Shown: piece after piece, positions 21,733-31,378 of the stretch | Position numbering within the stretch: position 1 is the first letter of the stretch | How the letters are laid out: every line of letters starts with the position of its first letter | IMG/VR virus record: IMGVR_UViG_2563366960_000002 | DNA: 64,000 bases | Source of the DNA: a virus | Lineage: Duplodnaviria > Heunggongvirae > Uroviricota > Caudoviricetes | Direction: 5' to 3' (one strand) | The notes under the pieces: generated by a model | What the model was told of the DNA's origin: nothing | Seen by the model: the letters and a program-made list of their open reading frames with translations, nothing else | Database searches by the model: none | Program-made: the position numbers and the translations under genes

Positions 21733-22521
21733 ATGCTGGAAAAAGACTACCAGTTATCCGCATATAAAAAATTGTCCGCCGCCGGTGGGATGAAAACACC
21801 TGGTGCCATAACATCGGCACGAAACAGTGCTAACACAGCAAAACTGCTTGCAGAAGAATTGACCGGATTAATTCTGGATACAATTGTCTATCCCGACACT
21901 ATTACCAGCTATGTTTCAACGATCAGAACAACCGCAACTGGTTTAACGAATATTGGAGGGCTGGCAACTCAGCACGCGGACCTGTTGGCTGGTTATGCTG
22001 ATCTGTCAATGCTCCTTCAACTCGATATTGGTTGGGATGTTTACTGTCGTGCTAATGAGCGAGAAGTTTCAGAACTGCCGATCTCTATTGCCATTGGTGA
22101 CGCGACTACAACGAAATCGCTTGAGGACTCTGTAAATGCGCTTAATACGTCGAGTTTAGTCGCTGCTATGGGGGACATTAACCAGACCCTTAACACAGGC
22201 TCAGGAAGCTCGTCAGGCTCTGATTCAGGTGGCGGCGCAGTCACTCCCCCACCAGCACTGACAGAACAACAAGTTGAAGCACTGAAGGAAGCAACTGAAC
22301 AATTTGGTGCTTTTTTCGACCAGACAACAGTACCGGTAGCAGCATTGCAACAGCAGTATGAACGAGCGAAGGAAAGCGCCAGCGTAGCCATAACTGCTTA
22401 TAACCATGCTATCGGTACCGCGCTTGCGGAAGCATCAGCAAATAAGGCCAGCACAGCCAGCGCAGTCGCCGCTTTGGTTCCTGATTCTGTTCTTGATGAA
22501 TTAAACAAAGCGGCACAGTAA
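21733..22521 (+). CDS. hypothetical protein with Ser/Gly-rich linker
   Basis: Internal ATG at 21733 has AGGAGA RBS (track ORF begins 21676); about 263 aa. Confidence 0.45.
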   Translation: MLEKDYQLSAYKKLSAAGGMKTPGAITSARNSANTAKLLAEELTGLILDTIVYPDTITSYVSTIRTTATGLTNIGGLATQHADLLAGYADLSMLLQLDIGWDVYCRANEREVSELPISIAIGDATTTKSLEDSVNALNTSSLVAAMGDINQTLNTGSGSSSGSDSGGGAVTPPPALTEQQVEALKEATEQFGAFFDQTTVPVAALQQQYERAKESASVAITAYNHAIGTALAEASANKASTASAVAALVPDSVLDELNKAAQ

Positions 22522-22560
22522 CAAAGGACTTCATTGATAATTTTTCTTCAGGAGGAAGAC

Positions 22561-22983
22561 ATGTCATTCTTTTCTACGTTAAAAACAGCTTTGTCTTTGA
22601 AGGAGAAACTTGCTGCTACTGGTGTTCTTGTTCTGATTTGCGCACTTGTTGGTGCCGGGTTTGCATGGGAACGTCATCAGCTAAAGCAAGCCTTGGATAA
22701 AATTGGCAGTCTTGATCAGGCTGTTAAGGAACGTGATAAGTCAATAATGGATCTTAACCAGACCATTGAGACGATGAACAAAGCAGATCAACATTTTCAC
22801 AGCCAGGAAGTGAAAAATGAATCAGAACAAGCCAAGTATGCTGACAGGCAAATGGAACGAAAAGCAGAAGTTCAGAAACAACTGGTTGCGGCGGGTAATG
22901 TTCGCCAGCGCATTCCTGCTGACACTCAGCGGTTGCTCCGGGAGTCGATCAGCGAATTTAACGCCGACGCCGACAAAGGTTAA
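22561..22983 (+). CDS. Rz-like i-spanin candidate
   Basis: ATG at 22561 with GGAGGAAG RBS; N-terminal TM segment ATGVLVLICALVGAGFAW followed by a coiled-coil region. Confidence 0.5.
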   Translation: MSFFSTLKTALSLKEKLAATGVLVLICALVGAGFAWERHQLKQALDKIGSLDQAVKERDKSIMDLNQTIETMNKADQHFHSQEVKNESEQAKYADRQMERKAEVQKQLVAAGNVRQRIPADTQRLLRESISEFNADADKG

Positions 22984-23149
22984 CCACCCTGCCCCCAAAA
23001 GTGCGTTTATGTGCAGGATGCCAGAGTTTAGCAGTGAATATTTTGATGATCTGCCAGCGTATATCCTCGATACAGAAACGATGCTGATGGGAATTAACAG
23101 GAAGAATCGCAACGTCAATGATTACAACCGTGCTATCAGCGGTAACTAA
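22898..23149 (+). CDS. Rz1-like o-spanin lipoprotein candidate, overlapping the Rz-like gene in another frame
   Basis: Internal start MFASAFLLTLSGCSG gives a lipobox signal peptide followed by a Pro-rich segment. Confidence 0.4.
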   Translation: MFASAFLLTLSGCSGSRSANLTPTPTKVNHPAPKSAFMCRMPEFSSEYFDDLPAYILDTETMLMGINRKNRNVNDYNRAISGN

Positions 23150-23160
23150 AAGGAAAAACT

Positions 23161-23520
23161 ATGTCCGATATGGAAATTGAAAAAGAGATTCTGGCCAAAG
23201 GCAAAACAGCACCACGCCTGACTCCTGATCACATCGAGAGTGTGATTGCCGAAGAGCATTATTTCACAGCTTTTGACGGCATTCGCGCTGCGCATGAAGG
23301 CGTTCGTGAGGTGCTGTCTGTTCATCCCTCTACGCGTAGCCTGACCATCTGTGTCTTGGTGCTGTGCAATGGATTCATTGTTACCGGGGAAAGCGCCTGT
23401 GCCAGCCCTAAAAATTTCGACGCGGAGATTGGCCGTAAGGTGGCCCGTAAGAACGCCATTGAGAAAATCTGGCCGCTGGAAGGTTATCTGCTGAAGCAAA
23501 AGCTCAGCGAGCAGATTTAA
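23161..23520 (+). CDS. hypothetical phage protein
   Basis: 119-aa ORF with AAAGGAAAAA RBS-like leader. Confidence 0.4.
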   Translation: MSDMEIEKEILAKGKTAPRLTPDHIESVIAEEHYFTAFDGIRAAHEGVREVLSVHPSTRSLTICVLVLCNGFIVTGESACASPKNFDAEIGRKVARKNAIEKIWPLEGYLLKQKLSEQI

Positions 23521-23590
23521 TCAACTGTAGAAATCGTAATATCAACACTCATGACTTTACTTTGGCAGGAAGCCACTAAGGACAAACAAC

Positions 23591-23992
23591 ATGTTTGCGG
23601 TTAAACAAGAAATAAACAACGCTACTTCTTTGTTCGAAATTGAGAGTATTACCGTTGGATATCCTGGGTCAGATCAATTTAAACAGGCGTTCGAGATTGC
23701 TGAAGAACTGGGTATCAAAACGCCTGATGCGATTGAATATATCCCTGTTGCGTACGAAGATGAGGAGATGACAAAGGCAATCGGGGAAGAGCAAACTTTG
23801 AGTACAGAGCGTAAGGATGTACAGCGGGATGACTGTATCGCCGTGATTTGCTCTGGGGTTGCTTCTGAAATGTTCCCCGACCTCCCTGCCATAGGAGGTG
23901 TTGGTTATCAATTCCTCTACAAAGGTGATACGTTACGCATCTATACAAGTAGTTTGTTGATCGAAGAAGTAGGTACGGAAAACGACAACTAA
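23591..23992 (+). CDS. hypothetical acidic protein
   Basis: 133-aa ORF upstream of oriR. Confidence 0.4.
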   Translation: MFAVKQEINNATSLFEIESITVGYPGSDQFKQAFEIAEELGIKTPDAIEYIPVAYEDEEMTKAIGEEQTLSTERKDVQRDDCIAVICSGVASEMFPDLPAIGGVGYQFLYKGDTLRIYTSSLLIEEVGTENDN

Positions 23993-24039
23993 TTCGCTTC
24001 AACTCTTCACAGAAATCGGTCCTCAGTGGCCGGTTTTTC

Positions 24040-24305
24040 ACTTATCCACATTATCCACTGGGTAGATCCAATAATTAGGTCCATACAGATCCCAATTAGA
24101 TCCATATAGATCCCTGATCGTTGCAGGCCGCGCCACGTCTGGCTTAGAAGTGTATCGCGATGTGTGCTGGAGGGAAAACGATGTGTGCTGGCGGGATAAA
24201 AATGTGTGCTGACGGGTTGCTAATGTGTGCTGGCGGGATATAGGATGTGTGCTGACGGGAAAGCCTGGGTAGTTATCACCACTTATAAAAACTATCCACA
24301 CAATT
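24040..24305. other. plasmid replication origin oriR with incC iterons
   Basis: Tandem DnaA boxes TTATCCACA and TTATCCACT; five GATC sites within about 60 bp; five 19-bp iterons of type GATGTGTGCTGGAGGGAAA spaced about 21 bp. Confidence 0.8.
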
Positions 24306-24318
24306 CGGAAAAAGTAAT

Positions 24319-25179
24319 ATGAATCAATCATTTATCTCCGATATTCTTTACGCAGACATTGAAAGTAAGGCAAAAGAACTAACAGTTAATTCAAACAACA
24401 CTGTGCAGCCTGTAGCGTTGATGCGCTTGGGGGTATTCGTGCCGAAGCCATCAAAGAGCAAAGGAGAAAGTAAAGAGATTGATGCCACCAAAGCGTTTTC
24501 CCAGCTGGAGATAGCTAAAGCCGAGGGTTACGATGATATTAAAATCACCGGTCCTCGACTCGATATGGATACTGATTTCAAAACGTGGATCGGTGTCATC
24601 TACGCGTTCAGCAAATACGGCTTGTCCTCAAACACCATCCAGTTATCGTTTCAGGAATTCGCTAAAGCCTGTGGTTTCCCCTCAAAACGTCTGGATGCGA
24701 AACTGCGTTTAACCATTCATGAATCACTTGGACGCTTGCGTAACAAGGGTATCGCTTTTAAGCGCGGAAAAGATGCTAAAGGCGGCTATCAGACTGGTCT
24801 GCTTAAGGTCGGGCGTTTTGATGCTGACCTTGATCTGATAGAGCTGGAGGCTGATTCGAAGCTGTGGGAGCTGTTCCAGCTTGATTATCGCGTTCTGTTG
24901 CAACACCACGCCTTGCGTGCCCTTCCGAAGAAAGAAGCTGCACAAGCCATTTACACTTTCATCGAAAGCCTTCCGCAGAATCCGTTGCCGCTATCTTTCG
25001 CCCGAATCCGTGAGCGCCTGGCTTTGCAGTCAGCTGTTGGCGAGCAAAACCGTATCATTAAGAAAGCGATAGAACAGCTTAAAACAATCGGCTATCTCGA
25101 CTGTTCAATTGAGAAGAAAGGCCGGGAAAGTTTTGTAATCGTCCATTCTCGCAATCCAAAGCTGAAACTCCCAGAATAA
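24319..25179 (+). CDS. repA: plasmid replication initiator RepA (P1 RepA-like)
   Basis: 286 aa, flanked by iteron arrays on both sides. Confidence 0.85.
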   Translation: MNQSFISDILYADIESKAKELTVNSNNTVQPVALMRLGVFVPKPSKSKGESKEIDATKAFSQLEIAKAEGYDDIKITGPRLDMDTDFKTWIGVIYAFSKYGLSSNTIQLSFQEFAKACGFPSKRLDAKLRLTIHESLGRLRNKGIAFKRGKDAKGGYQTGLLKVGRFDADLDLIELEADSKLWELFQLDYRVLLQHHALRALPKKEAAQAIYTFIESLPQNPLPLSFARIRERLALQSAVGEQNRIIKKAIEQLKTIGYLDCSIEKKGRESFVIVHSRNPKLKLPE

Positions 25180-25480
25180 GTGTGTGCTGGAGGGAAGCTG
25201 CATTAAAAAAATGTGTGCTGCCGGGAAGGCTTGTCCAATTTCCTGTTTTTGATGTGCGCTGGAGGGGGACGCCCCGCAGTTTGCCCAGACTTTCCCTCCA
25301 GCACACATCTGTCCATCCGTTTTTCCCTCCAGTGCACATGTAATTCTCTGCCTTTCCCTCCAGCACACATATTTGATACCAGCGCTCCCTCCACAGCACA
25401 TAATTCAATGCGACTTCCCTCTATCGCACATTCTGGTCCTGCATCATCCCTCCAGCACACATCTAATAGCCTCATCGCCA
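25180..25480. repeat. incA copy-control iteron array
   Basis: Nine copies of the TGTGCTGGAGGGAA-type iteron in both orientations downstream of repA. Confidence 0.8.
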
Positions 25481-25572
25481 TTTCTTTACGTGCAATAATT
25501 GACGCACGAATCAAAAAAAGTTGCACGTAGCAGAATCAAACGTACAATTCACTCATACGAAATGATAAGGAG

Positions 25573-26784
25573 ATGATGATGAAACGCGATTACGGCGGTG
25601 TCGGCACCATAGCTCTTCGTGCAAGCGCATTACTTAAGGCCATGAGTCAGGATATTGAAGATCAGCGCAAAGAGTTCAATCAGACCGAGTATTATCAGAC
25701 GTTCACTCGTAACGCTGTGGCAAAGTTGCCGAAGCTGAGCCGCCGCATTGTTGAGCAGGCCATCAAAGAGATGGAAGATGATGGGTACCAGTTCAACAAG
25801 AAACAGGTCGGTAACGTTGAACAGTACGCGCTGACCATCCAGAACGTCATTGATATCTATGCCCACCGTAAGATCCCCAAATATCGCGACATTCACAAAT
25901 CGCCTTACGTTATTTTTGTCGTAAACCTGAAGGGTGGCGTATCCAAAACGGTTTCCACAGTCACGTTGGCGCACGCTCTGCGTGTGCATCAGGATTTACT
26001 GCGTCACGATCTGCGCATTCTGGTAATTGACCTTGACCCTCAGGCATCCAGCACAATGTTCCTCGACCATACTCACAGTATTGGTTCCATCCTGGAAACC
26101 GCCGCGCAGGCGATGCTGAACGACCTGGACGCGGAGACGCTACGCAAAGAGGTGATTCGTCCGACCATCGTTCCTGGCGTAGACGTGATTCCAGCCTCTA
26201 TCGACGATGGCTTTGTTGCCAGCCAATGGAAAGAGCTGGTTGAAGAGCATCTTCCCGGACAAAATCAGTACGAAATCCTTCGACGCAATATCATTGATCG
26301 TGTTGCGGATGATTATGACTTTATCTTTATTGATACCGGTCCACACCTGGATCCGTTCCTGCTCAACGGTCTGGCGGCCAGCGATTTGCTGCTTACCCCT
26401 ACCCCACCAGCCCAGGTTGACTTCCACTCAACACTGAAATATCTCACCCGTCTGCCAGAAATGCTGGAGCAACTGGAGGAGGAAGGCGTAGAACCGCGTT
26501 TGAGCGCCAGCATTGGTTTTATGTCGAAGATGACCGGCAAGCGCGATCACGAGACATCACACAGCCTTGCGCGTGAGGTTTACGCCAGCAACATTCTGGA
26601 CTCTTCTCTGCCTCGTCTGGATGGCTTTGAGCGATGCGGCGAGTCTTTCGACACCGTAATCAGTGCCAACCCGCAATCGTATCCAGGCAGTGCAGAGGCG
26701 CTGAAGAAGGCACGAACCGAGGCCGAGCGTTTCACTAAGGCTGTGTTTGATCGAATTGAGTTTGTTAGGGGTGAGGCGGCATGA
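25573..26784 (+). CDS. parA: ParA partition ATPase
   Basis: 403 aa; deviant Walker A NLKGGVSKT; long N-terminal DNA-binding extension typical of type Ia ParA. Confidence 0.85.
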   Translation: MMMKRDYGGVGTIALRASALLKAMSQDIEDQRKEFNQTEYYQTFTRNAVAKLPKLSRRIVEQAIKEMEDDGYQFNKKQVGNVEQYALTIQNVIDIYAHRKIPKYRDIHKSPYVIFVVNLKGGVSKTVSTVTLAHALRVHQDLLRHDLRILVIDLDPQASSTMFLDHTHSIGSILETAAQAMLNDLDAETLRKEVIRPTIVPGVDVIPASIDDGFVASQWKELVEEHLPGQNQYEILRRNIIDRVADDYDFIFIDTGPHLDPFLLNGLAASDLLLTPTPPAQVDFHSTLKYLTRLPEMLEQLEEEGVEPRLSASIGFMSKMTGKRDHETSHSLAREVYASNILDSSLPRLDGFERCGESFDTVISANPQSYPGSAEALKKARTEAERFTKAVFDRIEFVRGEAA

Positions 26785-27746
26785 AAAAAATAGTTTCCCG
26801 TGGACGAGTGCTGGGCAAGAATAGCTCCGAGTTTGCTCGCATGCTTGAAGGCAGTGAAGGCACCAAAACCTTTACCCTAAAATCTGGCCGCCAGGCTAAA
26901 TTTTTGCTTACCGTTGTGCTGAGTGGTGAGATTGAGTCGCGCACGTTCGTTGACCCGGCAGTTAACGGCCGCGATCAGTCTCTGCTCACCCCTGAGTCGG
27001 TAAGCGATATTTCCCGCACCATTAAATTGCAACAGTTCTTCCCGGCTATCGGTCGTATGGTTGGGGAGCGCATTGAGGTATTGGACGGATCACGTCGCCG
27101 CGCTGCGTGTATCTTCAATGAAACGAAATTTGAGATTCTGGTGACGAAAGATGAGATCAGCCTGGCGGATGCACGCCAGCTGGCCATTGATATCCAGACA
27201 GCCCGCGAACACACCCTGCGCGAACTGGGTAAACGCTTCGAGGTTATGTATGGTAAGAGCATGACCAAAGAAGAGATCGCCCGCGCTGAGAACATTTCAA
27301 AGGCTAAAGTTACGCGCGCGTTCCAGGCGGCAGCGGTGCCGGATGAGATGATTGCTGTCTTCCCTGTTGCCAGCGATCTCGCCCTGCCAGATTACCAGTT
27401 ACTGCTCCAGATCTCCGAGGATGCCAACGCTAAAAGCGTGCCTATTGAAGAGCTGGTTGATACAGTGCGCGAACGAATTGCAGAGACTGAGGGCGCGAAA
27501 GAGGATAAAGCGAAGATACTGGCTATCTTCAAAGCGGAAAGCAAAAGCCTGAAGCCCGCGCCGGTTAAATCTGTGGTGGTTGAGAAGCTGCGAGACTTCT
27601 CTGACCGTCGCCAATATGCCCGAAAGAAGTCCGATCCGAAAAAACGGGTTGTCGCCTACGAGTTCTCCAGACTCCCGTCTGAAGTGCAAACTGAAATTGA
27701 CGAAGCAATAAAAAAAATCATTGGGAAAATGTCTGCTGGGGAATAA
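26781..27746 (+). CDS. parB: ParB centromere-binding protein
   Basis: 321 aa translationally coupled to parA; ParB-box-like ILDGSRRR. Confidence 0.75.
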   Translation: MKKIVSRGRVLGKNSSEFARMLEGSEGTKTFTLKSGRQAKFLLTVVLSGEIESRTFVDPAVNGRDQSLLTPESVSDISRTIKLQQFFPAIGRMVGERIEVLDGSRRRAACIFNETKFEILVTKDEISLADARQLAIDIQTAREHTLRELGKRFEVMYGKSMTKEEIARAENISKAKVTRAFQAAAVPDEMIAVFPVASDLALPDYQLLLQISEDANAKSVPIEELVDTVRERIAETEGAKEDKAKILAIFKAESKSLKPAPVKSVVVEKLRDFSDRRQYARKKSDPKKRVVAYEFSRLPSEVQTEIDEAIKKIIGKMSAGE

Positions 27747-27799
27747 TCCCGCTGGTGGGAGGCGGCTTTAGCCCCCTCCCCTGTCTAAAATGTCCCGCG

Positions 27800-27900
27800 C
27801 CTATTTCATGTATAAATATGTGATATATATAGATATTCATGAAAAATTTCAGACTGAAATTCCCACGGTTTCACGCCTGTTTTACTTGCCCCCCTCCCCC
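27800..27900. other. parS-like centromere region
   Basis: AT-rich tract with heptamer/hexamer-like repeats (GAAATTCCCACGGTTTCAC) immediately downstream of parB. Confidence 0.35.
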
Positions 27901-27942
27901 GCACAAAAAATTTAAAAAATTACTTTTAGCGAGAAAGTCAAC

Positions 27943-27961
27943 AAGTGACTTTCAATAAAAT
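27943..27961 (+). promoter_or_regulatory. P1-type late promoter upstream of the major head gene
   Basis: Palindromic 9-mer AAGTGACTT, 4 nt, then TAAAAT. Confidence 0.55.
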
Positions 27962-28012
27962 CTCTTCCGAAAAGGGATTCACACAAGTGCCTTGTGTTTA
28001 AGGAAGAGTAAA

Positions 28013-29719
28013 TTGAGTAACTTACGCGAATACCAGAATCGTATTGCAGATATCGCAAAACGCTCTAAAGCTGTGCTTGGCTGGGCAAGCACTGCGCAGT
28101 TCGGTACTGATAACCAATTCATTAAAGATGATGCCGCGCGTGCCGCATCTATCCTTGAAGCTGCACGTAAAGACCCGGTTTTTGCGGGTATCTCTGATAA
28201 TGCCACCGCTCAAATCGCTACAGCGTGGGCAAGTGCACTGGCTGACTACGCCGCAGCACATAAATCTATGCCGCGTCCGGAAATTCTGGCCTCCTGCCAC
28301 CAGACGCTGGAAAACTGCCTGATTGAGTCCACCCGCAATAGCATGGATGCCACTAATAAAGCGATGTTGGAATCCGTCGCAGCAGAGATGATGAGCGTTT
28401 CTGACGGTGTTATGCGTCTGCCTTTATTCCTCGCGATGATCCTGCCTGTTCAGTTGGGGGCAGCTACCGCTGATGCGTGTACCTTCATTCCGGTTACGCG
28501 TGACCAGTCCGACATCTATGAAGTCTTTAACGTGGCAGGTTCCTCTTTTGGTTCTTATGCTGCTGGTGATGTTCTGGACATGCAATCCGTCGGTGTGTAC
28601 AGCCAGTTACGTCGCCGCTATGTGCTGGTAGCAAGCTCCGATGGCACCAGCAAAACCGCAACCTTCAAGATGGAAGACTTCGAAGGCCAGAATGTACCAA
28701 TCCGAAAAGGTCGTACTAACATCTACGTTAACCGTATTAAGTCTGTTGTTGATAACGGTTCCGGCAGCCTACTTCACTCGTTTACTAATGCTGCTGGTGA
28801 GCAAATCACTGTTACCTGCTCTCTGAACTACAACATTGGTCAGATTGCCCTGTCGTTCTCCAAAGCGCCGGATAAAGGCACTGAGATCGCAATTGAGACG
28901 GAAATCAATATTGAAGCCGCTCCTGAGCTGATCCCGCTGATCAACCACGAAATGAAGAAATACACCCTGTTCCCAAGTCAGTTCGTTATCGCGGCTGAGC
29001 ACACGGTACAGGCGGCGTATGAAGCACAGCGTGAATTTGGTCTGGACCTGGGTTCCCTACAGTTCCGCACCCTGAAGGAATACCTGTCTCATGAACAGGA
29101 TATGCTGCGTCTTCGCATCATGATCTGGCGCACTCTTGCGACCGACACCTTTGACATCGCTCTGCCGGTTAACCAGTCCTTTGATGTATGGGCAACCATC
29201 ATTCGTGGCAAATTCCAGACTGTATATCGCGACATTATTGAGCGCGTTAAATCTTCTGGTGCGATGGGGATGTTTGCTGGTGCTGATGCAGCATCTTTCT
29301 TCAAACAGTTGCCGAAGGATTTCTTCCAGCCAGCCGAAGACTATATCCAGACTCCGTATGTTCACTACATCGGTACCCTGTTCGGTAACGTGAAAGTGTA
29401 CGAAGTACCTGCTGGTATTTGTAAGAACTTAACGACAGAGAACATTCAGTTCAGCTCGATGGATGTGCTGTGCTACGTCCGTGATGAAAATCCGGGTAAA
29501 GCAGGCTTCGTGACTGGTGATGCTGTACCGGCCATCCCGTTCCAGCATCCGACCACTCCGGCGCTGGTCAACCGTACCACGCTGTGGGGTTCGGCTATCA
29601 ACGATATGCACCCACGCAACGGCGCTGATTACTTCACTCGTGTAACGCTGACAATGGCCAAAAAAGGCGGGCTTAACTTCATAAGCGGCGACACGATTGA
29701 TGCCGGTGACTCTGAGTAA
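28013..29719 (+). CDS. major head protein (P1 gp23-like)
   Basis: About 568 aa; the track ORF starts at a TTG at 27992, but the TTG at 28013 has an AAGGAAGAG RBS at correct spacing; size matches a 62-kDa head precursor. Confidence 0.65.
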   Translation: MSNLREYQNRIADIAKRSKAVLGWASTAQFGTDNQFIKDDAARAASILEAARKDPVFAGISDNATAQIATAWASALADYAAAHKSMPRPEILASCHQTLENCLIESTRNSMDATNKAMLESVAAEMMSVSDGVMRLPLFLAMILPVQLGAATADACTFIPVTRDQSDIYEVFNVAGSSFGSYAAGDVLDMQSVGVYSQLRRRYVLVASSDGTSKTATFKMEDFEGQNVPIRKGRTNIYVNRIKSVVDNGSGSLLHSFTNAAGEQITVTCSLNYNIGQIALSFSKAPDKGTEIAIETEINIEAAPELIPLINHEMKKYTLFPSQFVIAAEHTVQAAYEAQREFGLDLGSLQFRTLKEYLSHEQDMLRLRIMIWRTLATDTFDIALPVNQSFDVWATIIRGKFQTVYRDIIERVKSSGAMGMFAGADAASFFKQLPKDFFQPAEDYIQTPYVHYIGTLFGNVKVYEVPAGICKNLTTENIQFSSMDVLCYVRDENPGKAGFVTGDAVPAIPFQHPTTPALVNRTTLWGSAINDMHPRNGADYFTRVTLTMAKKGGLNFISGDTIDAGDSE

Positions 29720-29779
29720 TCAGGGGAAGTTCTCCGTTTAACATAGCGCCCCCGTGCGGGGCGCATAACAGGGAAAGTT

Positions 29780-31369
29780 ATGTCTCAATATTCAATTCAA
29801 CAGTCATTAGGTAATGCATCCGGCGTCGCGGTTAGCCCGATCAATGCCGATGCGACGTTATCTACCGGTGTTGCATTAAATAGCAGCTTGTGGGCTGGTA
29901 TTGGCGTATTTGCGCGTGGCAAGCCGTTTACTGTTCTTGCGGTTACTGAGTCCAATTACGAAGATGTTCTCGGCGAACCGCTGAAGCCGTCTTCCGGCTC
30001 ACAGTTCGAACCAATTCGCCATGTATACGAAGCTATTCAGCAAACGTCTGGTTACGTTGTTCGCGCTGTTCCGGATGATGCGAAGTTCCCGATTATTATG
30101 TTCGATGAATCAGGCGAACCGGCTTACAGTGCGTTGCCATACGGTTCTGAAATTGAACTTGATAGTGGCGAAGCCTTTGCTATCTACGTTGATGATGGTG
30201 ATCCGTGTATTTCACCTACCCGTGAGTTAACCATCGAAACGGCAACAGCGGACAGCGCGGGTAATGAACGCTTCCTCTTAAAACTGACCCAGACGACTTC
30301 GCTCGGCGTGGTAACGACCCTGGAGACACACACTGTGTCTTTGGCGGAAGAAGCGAAAGATGACATGGGCCGCTTGTGTTATCTGCCTACGGCTCTGGAA
30401 GCCCGTTCTAAATATTTGCGCGCGGTTGTTAATGAAGAGCTGATTTCGACAGCGAAAGTAACAAACAAAAAATCGTTGGCGTTCACTGGCGGTACCAACG
30501 GCGATCAGTCGAAAATCTCAACCGCTACGTACCTGCGTGCGGTGAAAGTTCTGAACAATGCGCCGTACATGTACACCGCTGTTCTTGGCCTGGGCTGCTA
30601 TGACAATGCGGCTATCACCGCATTAGGTAAAATCTGTGCAGATCGCCTGATTGATGGCTTCTTTGATGTCAAACCGACATTAACGTACGCAGAAGCACTA
30701 CCAGCTGTTGAGGATACCGGTTTACTTGGTACCGATTATGTAAGCTGTTCTGTCTATCACTACCCGTTCTCCTGCAAAGACAAATGGACCCAATCCCGTG
30801 TGGTCTTTGGTCTGTCTGGCGTGGCGTATGCGGCGAAAGCTCGTGGCGTCAAGAAAAACTCTGATGTCGGCGGTTGGCATTACTCACCGGCTGGTGAAGA
30901 ACGTGCCGTCATTGCTCGTGCGTCAATTCAACCGCTGTATCCGGAAGATACCCCGGACGAAGAAGCAATGGTCAAGGGCCGTCTCAATAAAGTATCTGTT
31001 GGCACCTCTGGCCAGATGATCATCGACGATGCTTTAACTTGCTGCACGCAGGATAACTATCTGCACTTCCAGCACGTCCCATCCCTGATGAATGCAATCA
31101 GCCGTTTCTTTGTCCAGTTAGCCCGACAGATGAAGCATAGCCCGGACGGTATTACTGCGGCTGGCCTGACTAAAGGGATGACCAAACTTTTAGATCGCTT
31201 TGTCGCCTCCGGCGCTCTGGTGGCTCCTCGTGATCCTGATGCTGACGGTACAGAACCGTATGTGCTGAAAGTTACGCAGGCGGAATTCGATAAATGGGAA
31301 GTAGTCTGGGCCTGCTGCCCGACTGGCGTAGCCCGTCGTATCCAGGGCGTACCGCTGCTTATTAAGTAA
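29780..31369 (+). CDS. tail sheath protein (putative)
   Basis: 529-aa ORF directly after the head gene in the late operon; size and position fit a contractile-tail sheath. Confidence 0.45.
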   Translation: MSQYSIQQSLGNASGVAVSPINADATLSTGVALNSSLWAGIGVFARGKPFTVLAVTESNYEDVLGEPLKPSSGSQFEPIRHVYEAIQQTSGYVVRAVPDDAKFPIIMFDESGEPAYSALPYGSEIELDSGEAFAIYVDDGDPCISPTRELTIETATADSAGNERFLLKLTQTTSLGVVTTLETHTVSLAEEAKDDMGRLCYLPTALEARSKYLRAVVNEELISTAKVTNKKSLAFTGGTNGDQSKISTATYLRAVKVLNNAPYMYTAVLGLGCYDNAAITALGKICADRLIDGFFDVKPTLTYAEALPAVEDTGLLGTDYVSCSVYHYPFSCKDKWTQSRVVFGLSGVAYAAKARGVKKNSDVGGWHYSPAGEERAVIARASIQPLYPEDTPDEEAMVKGRLNKVSVGTSGQMIIDDALTCCTQDNYLHFQHVPSLMNAISRFFVQLARQMKHSPDGITAAGLTKGMTKLLDRFVASGALVAPRDPDADGTEPYVLKVTQAEFDKWEVVWACCPTGVARRIQGVPLLIK

Positions 31370-31378
31370 GGGAATACA

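Noticed and set aside
24159-25480. Short direct repeats that could be taken for a CRISPR array
   Set aside because: Repeats are 19-bp iterons with variable spacing and both orientations flanking repA, next to DnaA boxes; no cas genes present; this is plasmid copy control.
29747-29765. GC-rich hairpin GCGCCCCCGTGCGGGGCGC between the head and sheath genes as a terminator
   Set aside because: No downstream T-run, and the sheath gene must be co-transcribed; at most an attenuator or RNA-stability element.
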